Shown here: piece after piece, positions 10,061-19,450 of the stretch
How positions within the stretch are numbered: position 1 is the stretch's first letter
Layout of the letters: each line of letters starts with the position of its first letter
Origin: Nitrosopumilus sp.
GTDB lineage: Archaea; Thermoproteota; Nitrososphaeria; Nitrososphaerales; Nitrosopumilaceae
Direction: 5' to 3'
Assembly: GCA_965214775.1 (NCBI GenBank)
Contig: OZ243974.1
Coordinates: 1,280,001 to 1,344,000, forward strand
DNA: 64,000 nt
Notes under the pieces: model-generated
The model's input: the letters and a program-made list of their open reading frames with translations, nothing else
What the model was told of the DNA's origin: nothing
Databases searched by the model: none
Program-made: the position numbers and the translations under genes

Positions 10061-12919
10061 TTGGTTTTGTATAGCGCCTCTACTGACAAGCAAGCTCCGC
10101 CTCCTGATGCCGGGAAATACATTCGGCTAGGAATTGTGGCCATAATCGGGATTGTGATCTTTGCTATCGTGGGGAACCAGGCAGTAATTCTATCGATGAA
10201 CTTCACCGAATTCGGTGATCAGTTCTCCAAGCCGCTCTATTACACTCTTGTATCTACTATCATACTGGCATCAGTTGCCCTGGCTCGGGTAAATGTTGTT
10301 GGACGGTCTTCGATCTTTTGGTATGCGATTCACACTGCCATGGGATTTCTCTCAAGGGGCAGTCAGCAGGGCATCTCTGGCAACATCACAAGCTTTGGGG
10401 ATTACAGGCTATCCGGTGCGCAATTTGTAATTTGGCAGTTTACAAAAATTTTGCTGTTTGGCGCATTCTTTGCAAACATCATGTTTGGATTTGCCGCAAT
10501 GGCATTCATCGATGGAAACACGATGGGAATTGAAAATATTCCAAGACTGTTCACGCTCCCATTTGTGACCCCCGATACCAACCCGGACTATGCATCAGAA
10601 AACATCATTCCGATGATCCCTGCCTTGATAGTCTTGTTTCCGCCAATCCTTGCAGCAGTCGGATTGCGACTGGTCCTGTATGTGGGAATCCACAGAATCA
10701 TCGGCGTCATCACCTCTTTCTTGAAAGATTCCAATGAGGGAAAGCCACGTTATCTGAATTATGTCTCCACAATTGAGGGGATTCTCGGCATCGGAGTTTT
10801 ATGGGCCGGATTTAATCTGTTTTTTACAGATCAAATCGATTACAACACAAGATATCTGATTGGCGGAACTCTTGTAATTGGCTTTGCATTGATAGCATTT
10901 TCAGTTGCTGACAGAATCAGGGCGCGTGTACTGACACACATGTTCAAAAGAGACGTTTACATCCGTTTCTTGACAATTATCGCAATCACCATAATTGTTG
11001 CAGGGGTTGTTTCTGTCAACAACAGCATTGCAGACGCAAAGAAAATTGAGTTTCTAGGGCCCTATACGGCACAACAAATTGGAGTCAACAGGTATCTGGG
11101 CGAGCTAAACGACATTCAAGAAAACACGCATGACGTGCAACTGACTTCTGTCTCCCCAAACAACATCAACAACTATGTCCAGCAGAACAGCGATGTATTA
11201 GATGTCATCCGTGTCTGGGACTGGGATGCCGCATTTGCAAAACTCAAGCCTGAAATCGGCTTGATTCCATACGTTGACTTTGAGGACAACGACATCTTAC
11301 GCTTCAACAACACTCTGTACTGGACGGCATCCATGAAGCCAATCCTGCCGACATCAGTAAGCCTTGAAAACAGGTGGTATAACGAACACCTAGTTTATAC
11401 CCATGTTCCGGAGGGCTTTCTTACGCTGGAGGCAACTGACGGCCAAATTGTAGACAGTTCCCAATTTTTCAAACAGAGGGAAATTTACTATGGTGAAGGG
11501 GGCTTGTTTGAGCAAACATGGTCTGGATATCCGACTTCACGTTCTGAAAGTGCGGAGCTTGGCGGTGCACTCTATTCGGGCCTTGGAGGTCTGGACGTCT
11601 CGCCTCCTCTCAGCTGGATCTTTGAGCCAAACTTTTTGCTGTCCTTCCCGTCTGAATCAGTTCACATAATGAGATACAAAGATGTTAACGACAGGATGGA
11701 GATTCTTTATCCGTACTTTTTGTATGATCTGTTTGGACAGGAACTGGATTCTCTTCCGGTAACTGATGGAACAAACTCCTACTGGCTGGTTCCTCTGATC
11801 ATCGGATTTGACACCGGTGACGTTCCCTGGTCGGTGGGAAACCCGTATTTGCGGCTGGTCGGCTATGCCCTGATTGATTCTTACAACGGCGACATCCAGC
11901 TGCTCAAAACCGGCGATGATTTCTTTACAGAGATGTTCTACGGCCAGTATTCCGAGCAATTCCAGCCAATGCCTGCATGGCTAGAAGAGCAGATCAGGTA
12001 TCCGGTTGAACTGTTCAACTGGAAAACTGAAATGTATAACATTTACCATGTCACCAATGCAGAAACCTTCATTCAGGCAAATGAATTCTACGAAATCCCA
12101 CGCGGCCTGGACACATACTATGTTGAGGCAAAGCCCCCCGGATTTGAACAAACAGAGTTCCTGGGCCTGCTGTCTCTCGAACTAAGGGGATCACAAGGGC
12201 GAAACCTGGCAGGATACATGGTAGTCGAAAACGATCTAACAAACCTTGGAAATCTCCAGTTCTATGAGGTTCCATTAAACTCTACTACGAAATTAATCGG
12301 CCCTACGGCCGTTCGAGAGGCATTGGACCGGGATCCCGAATTTGCCCAACTCAAAACATTACTGAGAAATCCGAGAATCGGGGATAATATTCTGTATCGC
12401 GTAGGCGATCATGACATTTACTTTATTCCAGTTTATACTGCCGGTGCAGGAGGCGTAGTTGCCCAATTAGGAACAATCGCTGCAGTTGGAGCAGCATTCA
12501 ATGGCGAATATTTTGTCGGACTGGGAGACACCCAAGAAGAGGCCTTTGAGGCCTATCTCAAAAAAGTCTCGGGAGTAGCTCCGACTGTCACCACACCGGA
12601 CAGTGATTATGTTGAATTGCTCCGTGATGACAGAATTGACATCATAAAATCAGTGGTTAGGGGGAATGATGTCTCGATAGCTGAGCCTACGTCAATTCAG
12701 GTTCCAGTCTCGTTTAATGAGGGGCAAACGTTCTTCTTTACTGAAAACGAGCAAGAAGAGACCGAGGCATTTTTGTCCGCATTCATTGATGACTTTGTAA
12801 AACCACGAAGCGACAGAGTCTTCATGTGGCAAGACGACAACAATCTCAACATTGGAACTGTATATGTCAAAGACGGAATTGCTGAGATGCACTACGTTTC
12901 CATAGAGGTTGGAAGCTAA
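10061..12919 (+). CDS. UPF0182 family membrane protein
   Basis: Multiple TM segments, IRVWDW, HLVYTH, IYYGE, RYP.ELF, YHVT. Confidence 0.88.
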   Translation: MVLYSASTDKQAPPPDAGKYIRLGIVAIIGIVIFAIVGNQAVILSMNFTEFGDQFSKPLYYTLVSTIILASVALARVNVVGRSSIFWYAIHTAMGFLSRGSQQGISGNITSFGDYRLSGAQFVIWQFTKILLFGAFFANIMFGFAAMAFIDGNTMGIENIPRLFTLPFVTPDTNPDYASENIIPMIPALIVLFPPILAAVGLRLVLYVGIHRIIGVITSFLKDSNEGKPRYLNYVSTIEGILGIGVLWAGFNLFFTDQIDYNTRYLIGGTLVIGFALIAFSVADRIRARVLTHMFKRDVYIRFLTIIAITIIVAGVVSVNNSIADAKKIEFLGPYTAQQIGVNRYLGELNDIQENTHDVQLTSVSPNNINNYVQQNSDVLDVIRVWDWDAAFAKLKPEIGLIPYVDFEDNDILRFNNTLYWTASMKPILPTSVSLENRWYNEHLVYTHVPEGFLTLEATDGQIVDSSQFFKQREIYYGEGGLFEQTWSGYPTSRSESAELGGALYSGLGGLDVSPPLSWIFEPNFLLSFPSESVHIMRYKDVNDRMEILYPYFLYDLFGQELDSLPVTDGTNSYWLVPLIIGFDTGDVPWSVGNPYLRLVGYALIDSYNGDIQLLKTGDDFFTEMFYGQYSEQFQPMPAWLEEQIRYPVELFNWKTEMYNIYHVTNAETFIQANEFYEIPRGLDTYYVEAKPPGFEQTEFLGLLSLELRGSQGRNLAGYMVVENDLTNLGNLQFYEVPLNSTTKLIGPTAVREALDRDPEFAQLKTLLRNPRIGDNILYRVGDHDIYFIPVYTAGAGGVVAQLGTIAAVGAAFNGEYFVGLGDTQEEAFEAYLKKVSGVAPTVTTPDSDYVELLRDDRIDIIKSVVRGNDVSIAEPTSIQVPVSFNEGQTFFFTENEQEETEAFLSAFIDDFVKPRSDRVFMWQDDNNLNIGTVYVKDGIAEMHYVSIEVGS

Positions 12920-13462
12920 TTGCTTCTTGTCGTGGATAACGGCTCTGTTTTTACCAAAAACTTGACAAATTTTTTAGAAAAAATACACATTTCCTTTGAG
13001 CAAGCCACCCCTGCCACAGTCGGCCTTGATTCACTCTTGGAATATGACTCGTTCATTTTGTCTGGCAGAAGGAAAAACGAAAAAAAGACCAATGAGATAA
13101 ACTCTAAAATTGTCATACATGCAATAGGCAGCAACTCAAAACTGCTGGGTATCTGCTATGGGGCAGAAATTCTTGCAGTCACTCTGGGAGGAACGATAAA
13201 AAAATCAGCTTTATTGCAAAAGGGCGACGAGACTGTCTCTGTTGTTAAGGAAAACCCCCTCTCAAACGATTCGATAAGCGTCTTTGAAAGCCACAGTTTT
13301 GAAATATCAAAACTGCCAGATTCACTAATCCCCGTGGGCACGTCAAACAGCTGCCGATATGAAATCATTCAACACCAAAACGGACTAGTTTTTGGCACTC
13401 AATTTCATCCTGAAATGAGCAGTGATGGCCGGGAATTGATTCAAAAGTTTTGCTCTCTCTGA
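12920..13462 (+). CDS. Class I glutamine amidotransferase (GuaAA-like)
   Basis: VDNGS, LGICYG, GTQFHPE. Confidence 0.9.
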   Translation: MLLVVDNGSVFTKNLTNFLEKIHISFEQATPATVGLDSLLEYDSFILSGRRKNEKKTNEINSKIVIHAIGSNSKLLGICYGAEILAVTLGGTIKKSALLQKGDETVSVVKENPLSNDSISVFESHSFEISKLPDSLIPVGTSNSCRYEIIQHQNGLVFGTQFHPEMSSDGRELIQKFCSL

Positions 13463-13660
13463 GGTTCTGTGTAAGATTGGTGACCTAGAATTTCACCGGA
13501 TTGTCGGGCTTTACCCATGTTGGATTTGGGCTCATATCCACACTTTCCATATGGAAACTTGTTTGAATACCAAGTACACTTTGGACATCTTTTCATGCCT
13601 ATTCTAGCATATTTGTGAGTTAATATGAATAGAGGATCTAAATTGACAAACCAGATAGCT

Positions 13661-13870
13661 TCACACACGCTTTATTTTATTTGGGAACCGTTCTTCAAAT
13701 TTCTTACGCCTCTTTGAGTGGCGTGGTTTTATTTTTAATTTATTTTCACAACACGGGCATGTGTTGGATTTCCATTCAATAAACAGATTACAGACAGGGC
13801 AATATTTTGAATTTTCAGTATCGTATTTTCTGTGCTTTTTGTATTTCAGACAGTGTCTTCTACATGGCAA
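13661..13870 (-). CDS. Small Cys-rich zinc-finger protein (IS6 cargo)
   Basis: CRRHC, CPVC, CPCC motifs; basic C-terminus. Confidence 0.6.
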   Translation of the reverse strand: MPCRRHCLKYKKHRKYDTENSKYCPVCNLFIEWKSNTCPCCENKLKIKPRHSKRRKKFEERFPNKIKRV

Positions 13871-13879
13871 TATTCATCA

Positions 13880-14345
13880 CTATGGTTCAACCATCATAAT
13901 TTTAACGGGAACGGATGGGAAGCTGCGATGCAGTCGTTCTATATCGTGTTTTAACTGCTCCCCGTAGGATACTCCGCTTGACATTTCTCTCATCATGTCA
14001 TATGTTGGCACTATTTCCACCCCGACATCAATCTTCCCTGCATTGTAGAAGTGTTGAAACTTGGACATGTCATAGAACATGAAGGCATATTTTCCAAACT
14101 GAACCTCGACGTTAACTTTATCCTTGTTATAATCAATTTGCTTGTAAGATGTTATTTTTTTCATTTCAGTTATCTGTATGTCATACGTGAGACGTATTTC
14201 CTTAAACTGCCTACTAACAAAATTTTCACAAAAACTGTAGTTTAGCTCTGCCGGGTTGTATGGTAATTTTTCACTTCGATTCTTTTCCTTTGATATTTTT
14301 GTTTTAAGCGGGGTTACGCTTGAAATTATATCGTTTATCTCAGTA
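13880..14345 (-). pseudogene. BglII/BstYI-like type II restriction endonuclease, frameshifted (IS6 cargo)
   Basis: QIDYNKDKVNVEVQFGKYAF..YD, IDVGVEIVP, MSSGVSYGE; an upstream frame gives EINDIISS...KTKISKEK...YNPAELN. Confidence 0.7.
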
Positions 14346-14500
14346 CGGATATGCTACATTGGTATGGATTAAAAAGAAGTGAGGGCGATGATGAACCGCG
14401 TGCAATTCGACTCCCATTTGAGAATGAGAGGATGGATTCAGTATGAGCCCTCACCTTTTGATTCTCATTGTTATATTTTAATTTTCGAGGTGGGTAGCGA

Positions 14501-15764
14501 ATGAACGCAAGAGACCGACGCGCAAGACAGATTATGGAGACTCCGGGCCACGCTACCCAGATAATCGGTGTCAATGATTTTAGGGTCAGATCGCAGTCTG
14601 ATCCATCCAAGTTCTACACCGTATCCAGGACGTGTAGCGGACTGGTATGTGAGTGCCCGGACCACCGGAAGAGGGGCCGACTGCAAGCACATCAAGGTCA
14701 TACTGGAGCTTGTCCGAAAAAACGCGTTCGGGCACGAGGGATTCAGGATCATGGAGAGGTCAAGGCTGAACCTGTGCAAGTTCTGCGACTCTGGAAACGT
14801 CGTCAGGAAGGGATTGAAGAAGAACAAAAGCTCTACAATGCAGATGTTCAAATGTAAAGACTGTAAGAAAAGATTTACTGCAAACTTTGGATTCGAAAAC
14901 AGGAGGTTTGACGAATCCACCATAACGGGCGCGTTGCAGATGTATTATACGGGAATGAGCGTCCGTGACATCTCCAACCATTACGAGATGCTTGGAATCA
15001 GTGTAAGCCACAAGACCGTATACAACTGGGTTAAAGACTATTCTAGGATGACATTGACATACCTCAACGGCATAGTTCCGAGAGTCGGTAGCTGGTTCAG
15101 GGCAGACGAGGTGTGGATAAAGATATCAAGGAAACAATGCTATCTGTTCGCCTCGATGGACGGCGATACCCGCTACTGGCTGGCCTCCGACCTGGCAGAT
15201 AACATGTTCCAGCACAACGCGGACAGTCTGTTACAGCTGACAAAATCACAGGCAGGAAAATCTCCCAGGAACTTCATCACGGACGGCCTGTCAGCCTATG
15301 CCAAGTCCTCAAGGAGGGTATTCGGAAAGGGTACAAACCACGTGAAGCACATCCACCTGGCAAGCAAGCGTGATCATGACAATAACAACAAGATGGAGAG
15401 GCTCAACGGCGAGATCAGAGACCGTGAGAAGGTGTTCAGGGGCCTCAAGAAGATGGACACAGCCATACTTGACGGAATGAGGGTATGCTACAACTATACG
15501 AAAAAGCATGGAAGCCTAGAGGGAAAGATGCCTGCGGAGACATCCTTGATTGCCGTAGACGGGGGGGGGGGTTGTCGCCTAATTCCACCTGCCGGACTCA
15601 ATCCGCACGTTTTTCTGAATCTCCGCCATTTCTGCACGCCTAGTCCGGATAACATCGTATGATTTTCAGAAATTCTGATGAATTAGATGACAACCCCCGT
15701 AGACGGCATCAACAAGTGGAAGACCATCATCCAGAATGCCTCGCTAAGCAAGCATTCGGTCTAG
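14501..15764 (+). pseudogene. IS6-family transposase with N-terminal SWIM/Zn modules, frameshifted near 14680 and interrupted by MITE D
   Basis: CECPDH...CKHI, CKFC/CKDC, RADEVWIK, ITDGL, NNKMERLNGEIRDR; C-terminus resumes after the MITE (GINKWKTIIQNA). Confidence 0.85.
15568..15697. mobile_element. MITE D, about 130 bp
   Basis: TIR ggggttgtcgcctaattc / gaattagatgacaacccc; 9-bp TSD cgtagacgg; expanded G-run at the left end. Confidence 0.9.
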
Positions 15765-15870
15765 ACATAAAATAAAATCTCAATTCAGAGAAGATCCACA
15801 TTCTAGGTCACCAATCTTACACAGAACCCTCTCTGATTGCTTTTAATTACTGCCTGTTGGGAGTAAACCC

Positions 15871-16836
15871 GTGGAAGAAGAGAGCCATGAACTGTTGCTG
15901 CCTATGGTCCAGGAAGAAAACATCTGCCTGCCTTTGCCAATTAATGCCGTATCAAAATATTGGAATGTCGACCTTCCAATGGCCGAGGCAGTTGAAACAT
16001 CCAAGCAATATTCCGGGTTCAATGGGAGTATACTGATTGAAGGAATAGAATCTGCTGAAAGACACGGATTAAGCTGTAAAATCCTACGTTCATCCTTGCA
16101 GGAACTTAAAAAAACCATTGCTGCAGGAATTCCTCCGATAGTGATTCTTCCGGGCGTTCCTGAAATTACCCAACATGCATCTGTGATTACTGGATTCAAC
16201 GATGAGGAAGAAACAATCTTCCATTATGTTCAACAAGGAACTGCCGAAGGCAAACAGCAAGAGGGGGCAATTCCTCAAGACGTATTTGACAGAGAATGGT
16301 CTGAAGAAGGAAGAATATTGATAGTGTTGGCACCAAATGATGTGATGTCTTCCATATCGTTTGAAAATGAAAACAGCAATCAATCTAATCGACTTTGTTT
16401 TGATTCAGAAAGAAGCGTGGTTTTAAGGAATCAGAAAGAAGAAGCCGTGTCCTTGTTAAAAAAAGCAATAGAGTTGGACAGCAAAAATCCAAATGCGTTT
16501 TATCAACTAGGTGCACTGCTTAACGAACAAAACTCTGCTGAATGTATACGGTATTATGAAGAATGCCTAAGAATCAACAGCAGATCGTATCTGTCTTTTA
16601 ACGGATTGGGCAATTTTCATCTAAAAACAAACCAATTTGAAAAAGCTGCAGACTTTTATTCCAAAGCAATCAAGATCGATTCGAAAAGATCCGCCAAAAT
16701 TTACAAGAACCGCGCCTTTCTTCTTGACAAACTAGGAAAAAACTCAGAGGCAAAAGCTGACCTGCAAAACTATCTCAAATATTTTCCTAAAGCCCCGGAT
16801 CGTGGGGTTATCGAACAAGCCATACGTGAGATGTAA
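15871..16836 (+). CDS. Peptidase C39-like domain + TPR protein
   Basis: QEENICLP, HASVITGF, C-terminal TPR repeats. Confidence 0.75.
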   Translation: MEEESHELLLPMVQEENICLPLPINAVSKYWNVDLPMAEAVETSKQYSGFNGSILIEGIESAERHGLSCKILRSSLQELKKTIAAGIPPIVILPGVPEITQHASVITGFNDEEETIFHYVQQGTAEGKQQEGAIPQDVFDREWSEEGRILIVLAPNDVMSSISFENENSNQSNRLCFDSERSVVLRNQKEEAVSLLKKAIELDSKNPNAFYQLGALLNEQNSAECIRYYEECLRINSRSYLSFNGLGNFHLKTNQFEKAADFYSKAIKIDSKRSAKIYKNRAFLLDKLGKNSEAKADLQNYLKYFPKAPDRGVIEQAIREM

Positions 16837-16910
16837 TGCGGAATACGGGATTTGAACCCGTGGCCTTCAGCTTGGGAAGCTGACGTCATACCAGACTAAA
16901 CTAATTCCGC
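16837..16910 (-). tRNA. tRNA-Gly(CCC)
   Basis: gcggaat acceptor stem, anticodon arm tcagc-ttcccaa-gctga, T-loop ggttcaaatc. Confidence 0.95.
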
Positions 16911-16960
16911 CTGCGCAGACCTTCGGCCAGCCCTCTAAAAATGATTGCCCCTTGCCGCCG

Positions 16961-17150
16961 GTCTTCCCAAAAATTCCCCGTAAAACGGTTCCAAACTTGA
17001 CATAATTCGGACTATAGCAACGAGCAGAAATAATTGAGGTTTTTTACGTGTAGTTATGACCTACTTTGACTCAAAGACTTCTGCCCGTTGCTATATGCTG
17101 CCTGCAGATCCGCCTGCACCACACCCCAAGTCGTGTACGTCTGGGAAGAC
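16961..17150. mobile_element. MITE A (GTCTTCCCA ends) with nested MITE B
   Basis: gtcttcccaaa...tctgggaagac; internal ccccgtaaaacggttcca and gcctgcagatcc shared with other copies. Confidence 0.75.
17015..17093. mobile_element. MITE B, 79 bp, IS630-related
   Basis: TIR tagcaacgagcagaa / ttctgcccgttgcta; TA duplication; one end resembles the IS630 left end at 19451. Confidence 0.9.
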
Positions 17151-17246
17151 TGATCTTCAGGTACGAGTTTACGGGATAACTATCGTGACTGTAATATGTC
17201 GTAAATGCGGACGTCTGGGAAGACTGATCTTCAGGTGCGAGTTTAC
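17137..17246. repeat. Isolated repeat-spacer-repeat unit (36+38+36 bp)
   Basis: acgtctgggaagactgatcttcaggtRcgagtttac at 17137-17172 and 17211-17246 (1 mismatch). Confidence 0.92.
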
Positions 17247-17324
17247 CCCTCACCTGAGTACGATGTGGCAGGCGTGATCATGAAGACTCCAGTCAGTAGT
17301 GTCGCCTGAGGGGTAAACTCTTGC
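17235..17324. mobile_element. MITE H, about 90 bp
   Basis: gagtttacccctca / tgaggggtaaactc; diverged inverted copy at 17935-18025. Confidence 0.7.
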
Positions 17325-17930
17325 GCCTCTGACTGCCGATGACCTGGTAGTGATCGGCAGGGGCCTCAAGTACCAAGAAACGTCCGATTTTATCAAGAAT
17401 GAGACCCTGACTGCGAGCCATTCTGAGCCCGGCCACTCCAGCCAGCAGACAATCATGACCGCCATTAACCTCAAGCGGAGGATGGACGAGACCGAGTCCG
17501 AGGATGGCGCCCATATCCCCAGCAGGTTCCTAGATGAGGAGGGCGGCTGCAGCATGCATCCTGACAGGCCAGGGGTGTGCTATCTCTACATGTTCTTCTC
17601 GTGGCTCGAAAACGAGCAGGCCAGGGCGCGTGTACACGCCATGTGCCAGTTCACAGGCGACTGCCCCGGGTTCTACCTGGCAGACTCTGTTGATCCGATG
17701 ATGAGGGAGCTCGGTGGTGAGGACTCCAAGATTGTCTATGACTATACGATGGGGGTTGTCGCCTAATTCCACCTGCCGAACTCAATCCGCACGTTTTTCT
17801 GAATCTCCGCCATTTTTGCGCGCCTAGTCTGGATAACATCGTATGATTTTCAGAAATTCTGATGACTTGGGCGACAACCCCTATACGATGAGATCCGGCC
17901 AGACGGTACGCGAGAGCTTTGGCGCCGTGT
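17325..17930 (+). pseudogene. YkgJ-like Cys-cluster protein remnant, interrupted by MITE D
   Basis: GCSMHPDRPGVCYLY, DCPGF; start lost. Confidence 0.55.
17752..17881. mobile_element. MITE D
   Basis: Near-identical to 15568-15697; 9-bp TSD tatacgatg. Confidence 0.92.
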
Positions 17931-17934
17931 CCTT

Positions 17935-18025
17935 GTAAGAGTTTGCACCCTAGGCGGCGCTGCAGATCATGGTCTTGATGGCCATGCCCTTCACACCGTA
18001 TCTTCAGGAGGGGGTGAACTCTTGC
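17935..18025. mobile_element. MITE H, inverted copy
   Basis: gtaagagtttgcacc...ggtgaactcttgc. Confidence 0.6.
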
Positions 18026-18038
18026 GGGCACGCTGCTT

Positions 18039-18617
18039 GTGCATAGTACCAACATCAAAAAATGGAATATGATTTTGACACATCATGCCTATTTCGCCAA
18101 AAAAATATTCCATTTTCAGCTGCACGCACTACAGTTCTTATATTGTCCTATTGTGTTATTACTTGTACTGGCACGTAAGAAAATACCCAACATAGATCCA
18201 TTTCGTTATATTCGAAAATCCGATACAGCAAAGCCATTTCAAAACGAACTTCAAAAAATCAATCATGTAACACTTGCAAATATCATCAAAGACAATAAAG
18301 ACAAAACGCATGTGATTGTGTATACCCGTGGCAGACATGTTTTTGCATTTTTGATTTTTGATGATGTCGGAACACACTTTCATCTAAACTTGGTTGAGAC
18401 TAACAGAATTCCTGAATCAAAAACGGTAAGAAGGCCAGGAACTAAACTGATAAAATATGTGGAGATGATTTCCACAAACTACGGTTATGGGAAAATCACA
18501 GTTACAGCACTAGAGGATCTAACTCCCTTCTACGAACAAATGGGATATTCCATATCTGGTTCAATGAAGACTGATCCGACATATGGAAATGTGATAGAAA
18601 TGTACAAGGATCTCTAG
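18039..18617 (+). CDS. GNAT-family N-acetyltransferase (true start probably near 18160)
   Basis: RRPGTKLIKYVE (motif A-like), ITVTAL...FYEQMGY (motif B). Confidence 0.7.
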   Translation: MHSTNIKKWNMILTHHAYFAKKIFHFQLHALQFLYCPIVLLLVLARKKIPNIDPFRYIRKSDTAKPFQNELQKINHVTLANIIKDNKDKTHVIVYTRGRHVFAFLIFDDVGTHFHLNLVETNRIPESKTVRRPGTKLIKYVEMISTNYGYGKITVTALEDLTPFYEQMGYSISGSMKTDPTYGNVIEMYKDL

Positions 18618-18629
18618 CTGGGTACGGGG

Positions 18630-18678
18630 CAACTCATCACTGCCAGCCAGGCCCGGGTTGGGCGCGCATAACTGTGAT
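18630..18678. repeat. 49-bp GC-rich direct repeat, copy 1
   Basis: caactcatcactgccagccaggcccgggttgggcgcgcataactgtgat, identical at 19299-19347. Confidence 0.95.
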
Positions 18679-18715
18679 TTTCATGTCTAGTCGGCAAGTG
18701 GTGGTGGCCTCGCAT

Positions 18716-18946
18716 CTAGCTGGTAACCAGCGTGGGAGTTTTACTGCTGGCCTGCATCCTGCCTGTATTTATTATGGGCATCTCTGGCAATTCTTCGAGT
18801 TCTGTTATCATCTGTTGTATTATTGCAACTGTTCGCAATCTGGATTCTAGAAATTCCGAGTAGTTCATGCTTTTAGAGGCAGCTAGCATTGATATTGCCT
18901 CATCTAGCTCTGCGCTCAATGTTATGGTTCGTCTTACTTTAGTCAT
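18716..18946 (-). CDS. Ribbon-helix-helix-like DNA-binding protein
   Basis: VRRTITLSAELDEAI...NYSEFLE pattern. Confidence 0.65.
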   Translation of the reverse strand: MTKVRRTITLSAELDEAISMLAASKSMNYSEFLESRLRTVAIIQQMITELEELPEMPIINTGRMQASSKTPTLVTS

Positions 18947-19061
18947 ACTATGATGTGAGCGTTATTGGTTTTAAAGAAATAAAATTAACTACTAAACTTT
19001 ATAACTACCTGAGTATATATCAGCAATATTATGAAGAATTTTGAAATGGCGTGTGAAATCA

Positions 19062-19220
19062 ATGGCCCAACTTAACGCAAACATATCCTCAGAATTAGAC
19101 AAAGAATTCCGAGAAACGGTGTATAAAAAAAAGGGACTAAAGCGAGGAGTTTTGCTGGAATCTCTTGAAGAGGCCATAAAGCTTTGGATACTTGAACAAA
19201 AAAATAAGGAGCAAGGATAG
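19062..19220 (+). CDS. Ribbon-helix-helix-like protein, 52 aa (absent from the ORF track)
   Basis: MAQLNANISSELDKEFRETVYKKKGLKRGVLLESLEEAIKLWI, translated by hand. Confidence 0.7.
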   Translation: MAQLNANISSELDKEFRETVYKKKGLKRGVLLESLEEAIKLWILEQKNKEQG

Positions 19221-19298
19221 CTAGAAATCTTTTTTCGGCAAAACTTTGGAGATTTTGTATGTGGCTGGATCCCTTGATAAGAGTCTGGGCGTGCGGGA

Positions 19299-19347
19299 CA
19301 ACTCATCACTGCCAGCCAGGCCCGGGTTGGGCGCGCATAACTGTGAT
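19299..19347. repeat. 49-bp GC-rich direct repeat, copy 2
   Basis: Identical to 18630-18678. Confidence 0.95.
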
Positions 19348-19450
19348 GTAACCATATGTGTCTCAAAAACAAAATTCAGATGGTGCCAAAATAAATTGCG
19401 ATGCAAACAAACAGACGCTATATGAAATCTTATCTGTATCCTGTGATATA

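Larger units (their letters stand above)
13463..15828 (+). mobile_element. IS6-family transporter element (2366 bp) with passenger genes
   Basis: Perfect 29-bp TIR ggttctgtgtaagattggtgacctagaat; 8-bp TSD CTCTCTGA at 13455-13462 and 15829-15836. Confidence 0.93.

Noticed and set aside
16871-16879. MITE A terminus (cttccca) matching the tRNA-Gly anticodon loop
   Set aside because: Only a 7-bp match, and copies at 38366 and 42969 are far from any tRNA; probably chance.
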